Assembly: GCA_964551595.1 (NCBI GenBank)
Contig: CAZKCU010000001.1
Location: 65,246-129,245, forward strand
Source: an uncultured Candidatus Saccharibacteria bacterium
Lineage (GTDB): Bacteria; Patescibacteriota; Minisyncoccia; Minisyncoccales; CAZKCU01
Reading direction: 5' to 3'
Length of the DNA stretch: 64,000 bases
Shown here in pieces: positions 31,727-40,674 of this stretch. The notes beneath the pieces are model-generated. The model was not told the DNA's origin, did not search any database, and saw nothing but the letters and a program-made list of their open reading frames with translations. The first letter of the stretch is position 1. The number at the start of each line of letters is the position of its first letter. Both the position numbers and the translations under genes were made by a program.

Positions 31727-32818
31727 TTAACGGCTTTTAATACTCTGCAATATACCCAAACCAACAAAAGTCATAACCAAAGAAGAACCCCCATAACTTA
31801 CTAAAGGCAAAGGAATTCCTATTATCGGTAAAATTCCAAGGTTCATACCGATATTGATAAAAACTTGGGAAATTATAAGAATAGCAAGTCCGGTACCAAA
31901 AAGGCGAGGAAAATTACTACTTGCCGATAGGGTAATTTTTATTATCCTCCAGATCAGGAGAGAAAATAAAAAGAGTAAAATTCCCACCCCGACCAGGCCA
32001 AATTCTTCAGCAATAGCTGCAAAAATAAAATCGGTCTGGGGTTCCGGTAAAAAACCGTATTGAGTCTGAGAACCCTGTTCTAAACCTTGGCCAAAAATTC
32101 CACCAGAACCTATGGCAATTTTTGCTTGAGTCTGTGACCAGGCTCCTCCTAAGGGTTCAATTTGGGGTACAATAAAATTTATAACTCTTTCTTTTTGATA
32201 ATCTTTTAAAAAAGCTGACCAACCTAAAATTAGAACTAAAAGACCACAGAAGCAAAGGATTAAAAAATGGCGGATTTTTATCCCAGATATAAGCAAAATT
32301 CCCACCCATAGAGCAATTAAAATTAAAATTGAACCCAGTTCTGGTTGAAAAAAAATTAAAAGAGCCGGTATTAAAACATAGAACCCGGAAAGAAGAATAT
32401 GTCTTATCCGATACATTTCAATATGTCTTCCTGAAAAATATTTGGCTAATAAAATTATTAAAACAATTTTGGTAAATTCTATCGGGTCAATCGAAATCGG
32501 GCCAATTTTGTACCAACTTCTCACTCCCCGAATTTCTGGGGCGAAAAAAAATAAACCAACCAGAGCAGCTAAACAAAGAAAATAGAGAATTAAAATTAAG
32601 TAAGGATCTTCTCTTAAACTTCTCCAATCAACAAAACTCAGGCCGAGCATTAAAAAAAATCCTCCTCCAAAAAAAATAATTTGCTTTTTAAAATTAAAAA
32701 AATCCCCCTTTCCCAATGAGCTACTATATATTGACAGGAGTCCAATACTTACTAAAAGCAAAGTAACAATAATCAATATCCAATCCAACTTTTTAAAATG
32801 AATTAAAAAACTCTTCAT
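31727..32818 (-). CDS. SEDS-family peptidoglycan polymerase (FtsW/RodA)
   Basis: The track ORF begins at TTG 32863; ATG at 32818 (MKSFLIHFKKLDW) is more likely. Polytopic, with conserved PEPQTDFIFAAIAEEFG and LPLVSYGGSS. Confidence 0.9.
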   Translation of the reverse strand: MKSFLIHFKKLDWILIIVTLLLVSIGLLSIYSSSLGKGDFFNFKKQIIFFGGGFFLMLGLSFVDWRSLREDPYLILILYFLCLAALVGLFFFAPEIRGVRSWYKIGPISIDPIEFTKIVLIILLAKYFSGRHIEMYRIRHILLSGFYVLIPALLIFFQPELGSILILIALWVGILLISGIKIRHFLILCFCGLLVLILGWSAFLKDYQKERVINFIVPQIEPLGGAWSQTQAKIAIGSGGIFGQGLEQGSQTQYGFLPEPQTDFIFAAIAEEFGLVGVGILLFLFSLLIWRIIKITLSASSNFPRLFGTGLAILIISQVFINIGMNLGILPIIGIPLPLVSYGGSSLVMTFVGLGILQSIKSR

Positions 32819-32888
32819 TTCTATTGATAATTGATGAGCTAACAGAGGCCCGTCCTCTGTCAACTCTCCTTTGTTACCTTTGTCAGTT

Positions 32889-34883
32889 TCATTTAAGTAA
32901 ATTTAGAAATTCTTTTTCTTTTATTATTCTAATGCTTAATTCTTTTGCCTTGCTAAGTTTTTTTAAGCCGGGTTCTTTGCCAGCAACAACGAAATCAGTT
33001 CTTTTTGAAACTGATTCAGAAATTTCCCCGCCCAAAAACCGGATTTTTTCTTTTGCTTCCTCTCTGGTCATTGTTTCTAGAACACCTGTTAAAACAAAGG
33101 TTCTTCCTTTTAATGGTTGATGGCGAACTTTCTTCTCTTCAATAATTTCTACTCCGGTTTTTTTTAGTTTCTCCAAAAATTCCAAATTCTTTTTTTGAGA
33201 GAACCAATTGTGAATATTTTTTGCCACTACTGGGCCAATATTCATAACTTTTTGTAATTCTCCAAGGTTTGCTTTTTTTAATTTTTCTAAAGAACCAAAA
33301 TTGTCTGCCAAATCCCGACTAGTTTCTTCTCCAACATTTCTAATTCCCAAAGCGTAGATAAATTTTGACAATTGAATTTTTTTTCGAGACTGAATCGCCT
33401 CGATTAAATTTTTAACCGATTTTTCAGCAAACCTTTCAAGGGGTAATAAATCTCCTTTCTCAAGCGCAAATAAATCAGCTGGGTCAGAAATTAGTCTTTC
33501 GTCAATCATTCTGTCAACAATTTTAGGACCAAGGCCTGAAATATCAAAAGCTCCTTTTGAAATAAAATGACGAAAATATTCTCTCAGCTGAGCTGAACAT
33601 TTTGGATTTTGGCAACGCCAAACAACTTCTCCTTCAGGTTTGCTTAGCTTAGCTAAGCAACTCGGGCATTTTTTGGGCATTCTGAAAACCTTTTCTTTTC
33701 CGGTTCTTAACCCTGGTAAAACTTTGACAATATCAGGGATAACATCTCCTGCCCTGCCGACAATAACCGTATCACCAATTTTTACTCCTATTCTTTTTAT
33801 TTCTTCTTCGTTATGAAGAGTGGCTCTTGAAATTGTTACTCCGCCAACCTTCGCAGGTTTCAAAATTGCTACCGGGGTTAAAGCTCCGGTTCTGCCTACC
33901 TGAATAATAATGTCTTTAATAATGGTGGTGGCTTGTTTTAAAGGAAATTTATAAGCTATAGCTCCCCTGGGCGTTTTTCCTACTACTCCCAATTTCTCAA
34001 AAATTTTATTTGAATTAATAATGACTACAATCCCATCAATTTCATAGGAGAGCTTTTCTCTTAGCTTTTGGCTCACTTTATGGAACTCAAAAACTTCTTT
34101 CAAATTTTTGCAATATTTATTGTAGGGATTAGTTTTAAAACCTAAGGCTTTTAAAATCTGGTGTTTTTCTTGATGAGTTTTTTGACCAAGGTCAGTAGTC
34201 AAATCATAGGCAAAAGAGTCGAGGCGACGAGAAGCTGTTACTTTTGGGTCAAGCTGCCTGATAGAGCCGGCTGCCACATTCCTTGGATTGGCATAAAGAG
34301 CTAATCTCTTTTTGACTTGCTCTTGATTAATTTTTTCAAATTCTTTTTTAGGAATAAATGCTTCTCCCCTCACGACAAGTCGTGAGGGAGTTTCTAATTT
34401 AAGTGGTATGGCTTCAATTGTTTTCAAATTTTGAGTAACATCTTCTCCAATTATCCCATCACCCCTGGTAGAACCGGTTTTAAAAATCCCCTGCCCATAA
34501 ATCAGCTCAATAGCTAAACCGTCAATTTTAAGCTCGCAGAAAAAATCTATCTCCGATTTCTCTTCAACTGTTAAAAGTTTTGAAATTCTTTCCAGCCAAT
34601 CTTTCATATCATCTTCTGAAAAAGCATCATTAAAAGAAAACATAGCTTGGGGATGTCTAATTTTCTCAAATTTTTCTAAGGGTTTGCCTCCTATTCTTTG
34701 GGTGGGAGAATCGGAGGTAATAAATTCTGGAAAGCGCTGCTCCAAATCAAAAAGTTCTTTTTTCAAAGAATCAAGAGCAGCTTCAGAAATCTCTTGACGG
34801 TCGAGGACATGATATAAATAACGGTGATGATTAATCACCTTTTTTAATTTTTCAATTCTCTTTTTAGCCTCTTTTGTAGTCAT
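32889..34883 (-). CDS. ligA: NAD-dependent DNA ligase
   Basis: 664 aa. Adenylation KxDG (ELKIDGLA), Zn finger CPSC...C.NPKC, HhH repeats, C-terminal BRCT (GRTFVLTG). Confidence 0.97.
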   Translation of the reverse strand: MTTKEAKKRIEKLKKVINHHRYLYHVLDRQEISEAALDSLKKELFDLEQRFPEFITSDSPTQRIGGKPLEKFEKIRHPQAMFSFNDAFSEDDMKDWLERISKLLTVEEKSEIDFFCELKIDGLAIELIYGQGIFKTGSTRGDGIIGEDVTQNLKTIEAIPLKLETPSRLVVRGEAFIPKKEFEKINQEQVKKRLALYANPRNVAAGSIRQLDPKVTASRRLDSFAYDLTTDLGQKTHQEKHQILKALGFKTNPYNKYCKNLKEVFEFHKVSQKLREKLSYEIDGIVVIINSNKIFEKLGVVGKTPRGAIAYKFPLKQATTIIKDIIIQVGRTGALTPVAILKPAKVGGVTISRATLHNEEEIKRIGVKIGDTVIVGRAGDVIPDIVKVLPGLRTGKEKVFRMPKKCPSCLAKLSKPEGEVVWRCQNPKCSAQLREYFRHFISKGAFDISGLGPKIVDRMIDERLISDPADLFALEKGDLLPLERFAEKSVKNLIEAIQSRKKIQLSKFIYALGIRNVGEETSRDLADNFGSLEKLKKANLGELQKVMNIGPVVAKNIHNWFSQKKNLEFLEKLKKTGVEIIEEKKVRHQPLKGRTFVLTGVLETMTREEAKEKIRFLGGEISESVSKRTDFVVAGKEPGLKKLSKAKELSIRIIKEKEFLNLLK

Positions 34884-34885
34884 AA

Positions 34886-35257
34886 TCAGCGGATGATTTC
34901 GATTGCCCTTTTTGTTTCCTTAAAACTTCCTTTTGATATGATGCAGTAGTTAGTAGCTGTACAATCTGGTCCGGGTGCTAAAACTCGGGTGCTATAACTT
35001 GCTCCATTTTCTAAATTTCCAGAAACAGCGCCTCCTCTATAAAGGACTTCTTCAATCCCGGTATCAGCAGCATAAAAAGCTACCACCGAATCTCCTATCC
35101 CTCTTATTATCTTTATTTGACCAAATAAAATGGACGATATCCCCAAGCCTATAGACAGAAGGACGGCCATAATCAATAGGGCAAGATAGAGAGAAACGCC
35201 TTTTCGTGAGATTTTTTTATAGTTCATAGTCTTAATAGTTGGATTAGTATTTAACAT
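34886..35257 (-). CDS. PilX-like minor pilus protein
   Basis: 123 aa. N-terminal hydrophobic helix KGVSLYLALLIMAVLLSIGLGISSILF, then a small beta-rich domain. Last gene of the minor-pilin run. Start may be 35227. Confidence 0.4.
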   Translation of the reverse strand: MLNTNPTIKTMNYKKISRKGVSLYLALLIMAVLLSIGLGISSILFGQIKIIRGIGDSVVAFYAADTGIEEVLYRGGAVSGNLENGASYSTRVLAPGPDCTATNYCIISKGSFKETKRAIEIIR

Positions 35258-35837
35258 CGAGGTTTCTTTGGGAAATTGTGGTTTGAATTTTTATCTTTGG
35301 CTGTTCCTCGAGTTTCTGACCTTTGCCCTTCACAGCTAAAAAGATTGTTACTCTTGGCTGGAGGTCATCATCTTGGGACCAACCTGACGAAGGACCAAAG
35401 TCAAGAGAGGTTATTTGGAGGGAGGCTGAGGTTAAGTCGAAAATTTGCTCACCTGCCTGACCAATTTTTTTTCTGTATTTTAATTGGGCACCCTCAAGGA
35501 AAAATTCTTGGCAGTCATCTTCTTCCAAATGATTTATAAATTTCAGGCCAGAACCACTATGGGTAATTTCATAATTTAAGCCATCCTGGGAAAGACAAGC
35601 AGGAATATCAGTAGTTTGTTTGCTTGCCATCCTCAAAGCCCGACTCATATACTCTAAGACATAACTTGTCTGATCTAAAAGTCTTTGAGAAGATAAAGCA
35701 CTTTTCTGACCCCTGAAACCGGAAATAAAAACTCCTGAAATTACTCCTATAATCAGAGAAAAAATCATCACCGCCGCCAGCATCTCGATCAAGGTAAATC
35801 CCCCTTTCGTCTTTTTAGCATTTAAGCATTTAAACAT
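35244..35837 (-). CDS. Type IV minor pilin (prepilin-type N-terminal cleavage/methylation domain)
   Basis: 197 aa. Leader MFKCLNAKKTKGG followed by FTLIEMLAAVMIFSLIIGVISGVF. Confidence 0.85.
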   Translation of the reverse strand: MFKCLNAKKTKGGFTLIEMLAAVMIFSLIIGVISGVFISGFRGQKSALSSQRLLDQTSYVLEYMSRALRMASKQTTDIPACLSQDGLNYEITHSGSGLKFINHLEEDDCQEFFLEGAQLKYRKKIGQAGEQIFDLTSASLQITSLDFGPSSGWSQDDDLQPRVTIFLAVKGKGQKLEEQPKIKIQTTISQRNLDVKY

Positions 35838-35864
35838 ATTAGCATTTACTTATTTTAGATGATT

Positions 35865-36371
35865 TTAATACCATTTATATAAATTCTCTTGGACAGTAAC
35901 TTGATAATTTCTTCCCTTTTCTTGCCACTCAACTTGAACAGAAATTTTCAAAATATCTGTGTCTTTTGCAATACTAATTTTTCTCTTAAATTTTGTCGGA
36001 GAACCAGAAGAATAACTATAAAAACTGCTATTATCAATATTTAAATAAGTACTAGCATAACTCCGGGTTAAATTTTGAGTTTTATAATCTGCTTCCCAAT
36101 TACCCGAAGGAATACCATCTGACCAAGTAATACCTGGATTGGTTCTCCCTTCAAGCCAATTTGTATCTCTGATGTTTCTAACTATTTCAATTCCCTCCTG
36201 GGCTAAATAGTTAGCTGTAAGTCTTGAGGAAGAAAGTTGAATATAGGAAATTGCCTGTTGAATTATGCCCAAAGTTCCAGCTATTCCTACCATAATTACA
36301 AAAATAGCTACGATTACTTCTAATAAAGTAAAACCCCTCTTCATTATTTTAACATTTAAGCATTTTAGCAT
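35865..36371 (-). CDS. Type IV minor pilin
   Basis: 168 aa. Leader MLKCLNVKIMKRG followed by FTLLEVIVAIFVIMVGIAG. The leader is homologous to that of the neighbouring pilin. Confidence 0.85.
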   Translation of the reverse strand: MLKCLNVKIMKRGFTLLEVIVAIFVIMVGIAGTLGIIQQAISYIQLSSSRLTANYLAQEGIEIVRNIRDTNWLEGRTNPGITWSDGIPSGNWEADYKTQNLTRSYASTYLNIDNSSFYSYSSGSPTKFKRKISIAKDTDILKISVQVEWQEKGRNYQVTVQENLYKWY

Positions 36372-36428
36372 TTTGGCAAATGATTTTTATTGTGTTTTAA
36401 CGTTCATATCTTTAAACGCTTAGATGCC

Positions 36429-36962
36429 TTACTCAGCATCAATTAAACCGGCGGAGTTGACTTTAATTATTTTTGTTTTTGTTGAATCGGATTCAAGCGA
36501 GAGGGTTATTATAGCTGTTGTTGAATCTTGGCCATTTTTGATTTTAATAGTCGGTATGGGAGGTTTAAAATTTATACTCAAAGAAGAAGGCGAAATATTC
36601 TGAATATATACTCTTTTCTCTAAATTAATAGTTTCTATTTTGTCATCTCCTCCATCGTATCTCTCATTCCCCCCGGGTGGATTAGTATCAGCGTAAAGTA
36701 AATAATCCCTTTCTCCTTGCTTTAAATAAATTCCGTAGCCAGCCGGAACTTTTCCCTGAAATTCTTTTGTTGACATCGCCATCTCTCCGGCTCTTCTTAT
36801 ATCCTGGGCCAATTTATGGGCTGACCTCTGAAGAGCGAATTGCCTCTCGATGCCTCGATAATTAGGAAAGACTATCGCGGACAAAAGAATAATTATACTG
36901 CTAACAACAAGGAGCTCAATTAAAGTAAAACTTTTGTTCATAAAAATAAATTTAAATACCAA
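36429..36962 (-). CDS. Type IV minor pilin (GspH/FimT-like)
   Basis: N-terminal (M)NKSFTLIELLVVSSIIILLSAIVFPNY. The likely true start is 36941, right after the pilD stop. Confidence 0.8.
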   Translation of the reverse strand: MVFKFIFMNKSFTLIELLVVSSIIILLSAIVFPNYRGIERQFALQRSAHKLAQDIRRAGEMAMSTKEFQGKVPAGYGIYLKQGERDYLLYADTNPPGGNERYDGGDDKIETINLEKRVYIQNISPSSLSINFKPPIPTIKIKNGQDSTTAIITLSLESDSTKTKIIKVNSAGLIDAE

Positions 36963-37726
36963 TTAATAATCGCTTGTCCCCAAAACAATGCAGTGAATGT
37001 TCCTACAACAAGAAATGGCCCAAAGGGAACCTCACTCTTTAGAGTTTTTTTACCAGATATTATCAGCCCTATTCCTATTATAGCACCGATAAAAAAAGCT
37101 AGAAATAGAGCAATTAAAATATTTGGAAAACCCAAAAATAAACCCATAAAGAAAGCCAATTTTACATCGCCGACGCCCATCCATTTCCCCCGGGACATCA
37201 GCACTATCGCTCCAAAAAAAGCTGCCGCCCCCAAAGCAGAGTAAATTGAAAATTTGAGAATTGAGAATTGATTGAAAATTGATAATTGAAAATTGAAAAT
37301 TAGAGCTAATGTGATGGCTGGATAAATTATTTTATCGGGGATGATATAGTGTTTTAAGTCATAGACGAAAATGATGATTAAGAAACAAGCAATTACTAAA
37401 TAAAATATCAAATTCCAAAATCCAAATGCCAAATCGAATCCAAAATTAAAAATCCAAAATATTAAAACGGATAAAATTCCAGTAGCTAATTCAACCAATG
37501 GATATTGGAGACTAATTGGTTGGTGGCAATAGCGGCATTTTCCTTTTAAAATTAGAAAGCTGAAAATCGGGATTAAATCTTTCCAACCTAATTTGTGTTT
37601 ACAATAAGGGCAATAAGATCTCTGAATTAAAAAACTTTCGCCAGAAGGTAGGCGATAAATTATTGAATTCAAAAAACTTCCGAGGGTTAGGCCAAAAATA
37701 AAAACTATAAAATAGAAAAACCCCAT
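36938..37726 (-). CDS. pilD: Prepilin peptidase (A24 family)
   Basis: 262 aa. N-terminal Cys pairs CPYC...CRYC, polytopic, catalytic-Asp contexts YIIPDKI and MGVGDVKL. Confidence 0.92.
   Translation of the reverse strand: MGFFYFIVFIFGLTLGSFLNSIIYRLPSGESFLIQRSYCPYCKHKLGWKDLIPIFSFLILKGKCRYCHQPISLQYPLVELATGILSVLIFWIFNFGFDLAFGFWNLIFYLVIACFLIIIFVYDLKHYIIPDKIIYPAITLALIFNFQLSIFNQFSILKFSIYSALGAAAFFGAIVLMSRGKWMGVGDVKLAFFMGLFLGFPNILIALFLAFFIGAIIGIGLIISGKKTLKSEVPFGPFLVVGTFTALFWGQAIINWYLNLFL
37244..37306. repeat. Heptanucleotide tandem tract (9 units, 63 nt) inside pilD
   Basis: AAATTGA AAATTTG AGAATTG AGAATTG ATTGAAA ATTGATA ATTGAAA ATTGAAA ATTAGAG. Encodes FNFQLSIFNQFSILKFSIY. Confidence 0.8.
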
Positions 37727-37754
37727 TTTCTCTCTATTTTAACTTTTAAATTGT

Positions 37755-37790
37755 AAAAAATCAAAGCCCGCCGAAGGCGGGTTTTGATTT
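37755..37790 (-). terminator. Rho-independent terminator after the major pilin gene
   Basis: CCCGCC-GAA-GGCGGG core (37767-37781) extended by ATCAAAG/TTTTGAT. The minus-strand RNA ends in a U6 run. Confidence 0.8.
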
Positions 37791-37823
37791 AGCTAATTTA
37801 ACAAACGAGTCTCTTTTGCCAGT

Positions 37824-38255
37824 TTATGGACAGGTATGAGTAGCTGTACAACCTGCTGTAGTCTCTTTTGCCACTCCGGTACTATCTACGCAATAATAAT
37901 TATCAGCAGTATCTTTTTTGACAAGTAATTTGACAGAGGCACAATATTTCAAAGCAGGCGAAACAGGCTTGCTAATACTTACATCATCCCCTGTCTGAGT
38001 CTTAATGTCATCGCAAAGAACCTTCATACCATTATCAACCTTAGTGCAGTCAACATTGTCATAGTCTCCGTCTGAAGCATAAATCATTTCAGCTGTGGCT
38101 CGAATCTGGCTCATCTCGGCAATAGCCCTGGCATCCTTTGCCTTATCTCTGGCTCCACCTAAAGAAACCAAAACAATTGAGGCTAAAATGCCAATGATAG
38201 CAATGACCACCAAAAGTTCAATCAGAGTAAAACCCTTTTTAGTAAAGATTTTCAT
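37824..38255 (-). CDS. Type IV major pilin (PilA-like)
   Basis: 143 aa. Short leader MKIFTKKG, then FTLIELLVVIAIIGILASIVLVSL. C-terminal Cys residues. Has its own terminator. Confidence 0.9.
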   Translation of the reverse strand: MKIFTKKGFTLIELLVVIAIIGILASIVLVSLGGARDKAKDARAIAEMSQIRATAEMIYASDGDYDNVDCTKVDNGMKVLCDDIKTQTGDDVSISKPVSPALKYCASVKLLVKKDTADNYYCVDSTGVAKETTAGCTATHTCP

Positions 38256-38375
38256 TTTAATATTATTTATTAGCTTTTTAAATTTTTAGCACTACTCGAC
38301 CTTTAATTTTTAAATCTCAATCTCTATTATAACATAGCATACCTTATCTAAGTCAAGGAAAAGCTGTGGAAAACT

Positions 38376-39578
38376 TCAAAACATCTCCAAACGGTAAATG
38401 GGCAGTAAAAAAGCCATAACTAACCCAGCCACAATTATTCCTAAACCAATAATTAAAATTGGCTCCAAAAGACTGACAAAACTATCCAAGGTCCGTTCAA
38501 CATCTCTTTGGTAAAAATTAACTATATTCATTAAGGCTGAATCTAATTGGCCGGTTCTTTCTCCTACTACCGTCATCTGGATAAACAGAGGAGGAAAAAA
38601 TTCTTGATATCTTGAAAGAATTGAACTCATTGGCTCCCCTCTTTTTACCCCATCTTGAGTCTTCAAAATAATAGTTTTGTAGACATCGTTCCCAACAATT
38701 TTTCCAGTAATTTCAAGAGCCCGAACAATTGGAAGACCGCTGGAAATTAAAGTGGAAAGATTTTCTGCTAAGCGAGAAAGATAAATTTTTTTAAAAAATT
38801 CGCCTAATAGGGGTAATTTTAGAAATAATTTATCAACACTTTTTTTTCCTTCTTTAGTTTTTAAAAATTTAAAAACAAAAATTCCCAACCCTAAAAAAAA
38901 TAAAATAAAAACCCACCACCATCTTTTCAGAAAACTTGAAAGACCCATTGCCATCTTAGTAAGCTGGGGAACTTCTTTGCCAGTAGTTGCAAAAACCTGA
39001 GATAATTGAGGAACAACAAAAACAACCATCAGGGTTAGAATAATTAAAAAAACAAAAAAAACAAAAACAGGATAAATCATTGCCGTAATTACTTTTGAGT
39101 AAAAATTATATTCCCTTTCTAAATGGTCGGCTAAATAGCCTAAAACTTCAGAAAGCTTACCGGAGACTTCACCAGATTTGACCATGTTTGTATAAAAGGG
39201 AGAAAAAATTTTAGGATAGGAACTCAGGGAGACAGAAAAAGAAGTTCCCCCTTCTACCTTTTCGGATATTCTAAGAATTTTTTCTTTGAATTTCTGGTTC
39301 TTGGTTTGATTAGATAAGGTCTGAAGAGCTTCTACCACCGGAACATTAGATTTAAACATGATGGCTAACTGGCGAGAAAATACCACTACATCCTTTCTGG
39401 AAATTCTTTGAGAGATTTCTATTCTTTTAGCGTAAAAGGGAACTTTACTTACCTCAAGAAAGGTGACATACAATCCATATTTTTGCAAAAGAGTAAGGGC
39501 TGCTTCTCTTGAAGAAGCCTCAACAACACCTGTTTGAATCTGACCTTCTTGAGTTCTTGCCTGATAGTTAAATTTCAT
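38376..39578 (-). CDS. pilC: Type IV pilus platform protein PilC (GspF family)
   Basis: 400 aa. Duplicated T2SS-F domains, three TM segments, typical LSRLAENLSTLISSGLPIVRAL. Confidence 0.93.
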   Translation of the reverse strand: MKFNYQARTQEGQIQTGVVEASSREAALTLLQKYGLYVTFLEVSKVPFYAKRIEISQRISRKDVVVFSRQLAIMFKSNVPVVEALQTLSNQTKNQKFKEKILRISEKVEGGTSFSVSLSSYPKIFSPFYTNMVKSGEVSGKLSEVLGYLADHLEREYNFYSKVITAMIYPVFVFFVFLIILTLMVVFVVPQLSQVFATTGKEVPQLTKMAMGLSSFLKRWWWVFILFFLGLGIFVFKFLKTKEGKKSVDKLFLKLPLLGEFFKKIYLSRLAENLSTLISSGLPIVRALEITGKIVGNDVYKTIILKTQDGVKRGEPMSSILSRYQEFFPPLFIQMTVVGERTGQLDSALMNIVNFYQRDVERTLDSFVSLLEPILIIGLGIIVAGLVMAFLLPIYRLEMF

Positions 39579-39587
39579 ATTTGATTG

Positions 39588-40655
39588 TTACCTTACCAAC
39601 TTTCTTAACTCGGCGGGATTTAAAGAGTAAATGAGGGCGTTCTTTAAGGAAATTTCCTTGACCTTAACCAGATCGGCCAAAGCTCTATTGAGGCTAATCA
39701 TTCCTAATTCAGCTGAAGTCTCAATAACAAGATCCAATTCATGAATTTTATTTTCCCGAATTATATTAGCTACCGCCGCGTTAGAAATCATTACTTCACA
39801 GGCCGGTATTAATCCTCCTCTAATTCTCGGAACGAGTCTCTGAGAAACTACCCCTAAAAGAGAGCCTGACAGCTGGGCTCTAATCTGAACTTGTTGGGTT
39901 GGGGGAAAAGAGTCAACGATTCGATGAATAGTCTGGCTGGCTGAATTTGTATGCAAGGTTGCAAAAACTAAGTGGCCGGTCTCAGCAGCTGTAATGGCAG
40001 TGGAGATGGTCTCAGGATCTCTCATCTCTCCAACCATAATTACATTAGGGTCTTGGCGAAAAGTAGACTTTAGAGCCTGGGCAAAAGAGAGAGTATCATG
40101 ATAAACCTCTCTCTGGTCAATAATGCATTTGTCATCTTTAAAAATATATTCTATGGGGTCTTCAATGGTAATGATATGGTCGCTTTTGGTGTGATTTATC
40201 TCGTCAATTAGGGCGGCTAAAGTAGTAGATTTTCCATGAGAAGAAGGTCCAGTAATTAAAACAAAGCCCTGGTTTGGTTTAGTAAACTCATGTAAAACCG
40301 GGGGAAGATTTAACTCCTCAATTGCTTGAATTTTTGCCGGAATTAAGCGAAGAGCAATAGATATGTTTCCTTTTTGAAAAAAGATATTACCTCTAAACCT
40401 AGCCTTATCTTCAAAATTATAGGAGAAATCAATCTCTTTTTGCTGAAGAAATCTCTGCCGCTGGTCTTCATGCATTAACTCAAAAGCAAGTCCTTGAGAA
40501 TCCTCTGGTAAAATTTTTTTTATTTTTACTAAAGGAACAAGGCGACCTGTGACTCTCAGAGTCGGAGGATGACCTACTGAAATATGTAAATCAGAGGCTT
40601 GCTCTTGGATAGTCAAAGCTAACAAATCTCTAAGTTGGGAAGTGTAATTAGGCAT
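39588..40655 (-). CDS. pilT: Twitching-motility retraction ATPase PilT
   Basis: 355 aa. Walker A GPSSHGKST, IITIEDPIEY, MVGEMRD, TGHLVFATLHTN. Confidence 0.93.
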   Translation of the reverse strand: MPNYTSQLRDLLALTIQEQASDLHISVGHPPTLRVTGRLVPLVKIKKILPEDSQGLAFELMHEDQRQRFLQQKEIDFSYNFEDKARFRGNIFFQKGNISIALRLIPAKIQAIEELNLPPVLHEFTKPNQGFVLITGPSSHGKSTTLAALIDEINHTKSDHIITIEDPIEYIFKDDKCIIDQREVYHDTLSFAQALKSTFRQDPNVIMVGEMRDPETISTAITAAETGHLVFATLHTNSASQTIHRIVDSFPPTQQVQIRAQLSGSLLGVVSQRLVPRIRGGLIPACEVMISNAAVANIIRENKIHELDLVIETSAELGMISLNRALADLVKVKEISLKNALIYSLNPAELRKLVR

Positions 40656-40674
40656 ATTTTTAAAAATTTGATAT

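Noticed and set aside
34367-34388. 10-bp perfect palindrome CCCTCACGAC-AA-GTCGTGAGGG inside ligA
   Set aside because: It encodes the conserved ..PSRLVVRGE.. ligase motif with no length change relative to LigA sequences I recall. A chance palindrome is the simplest explanation, so it is not counted among the inserted elements.
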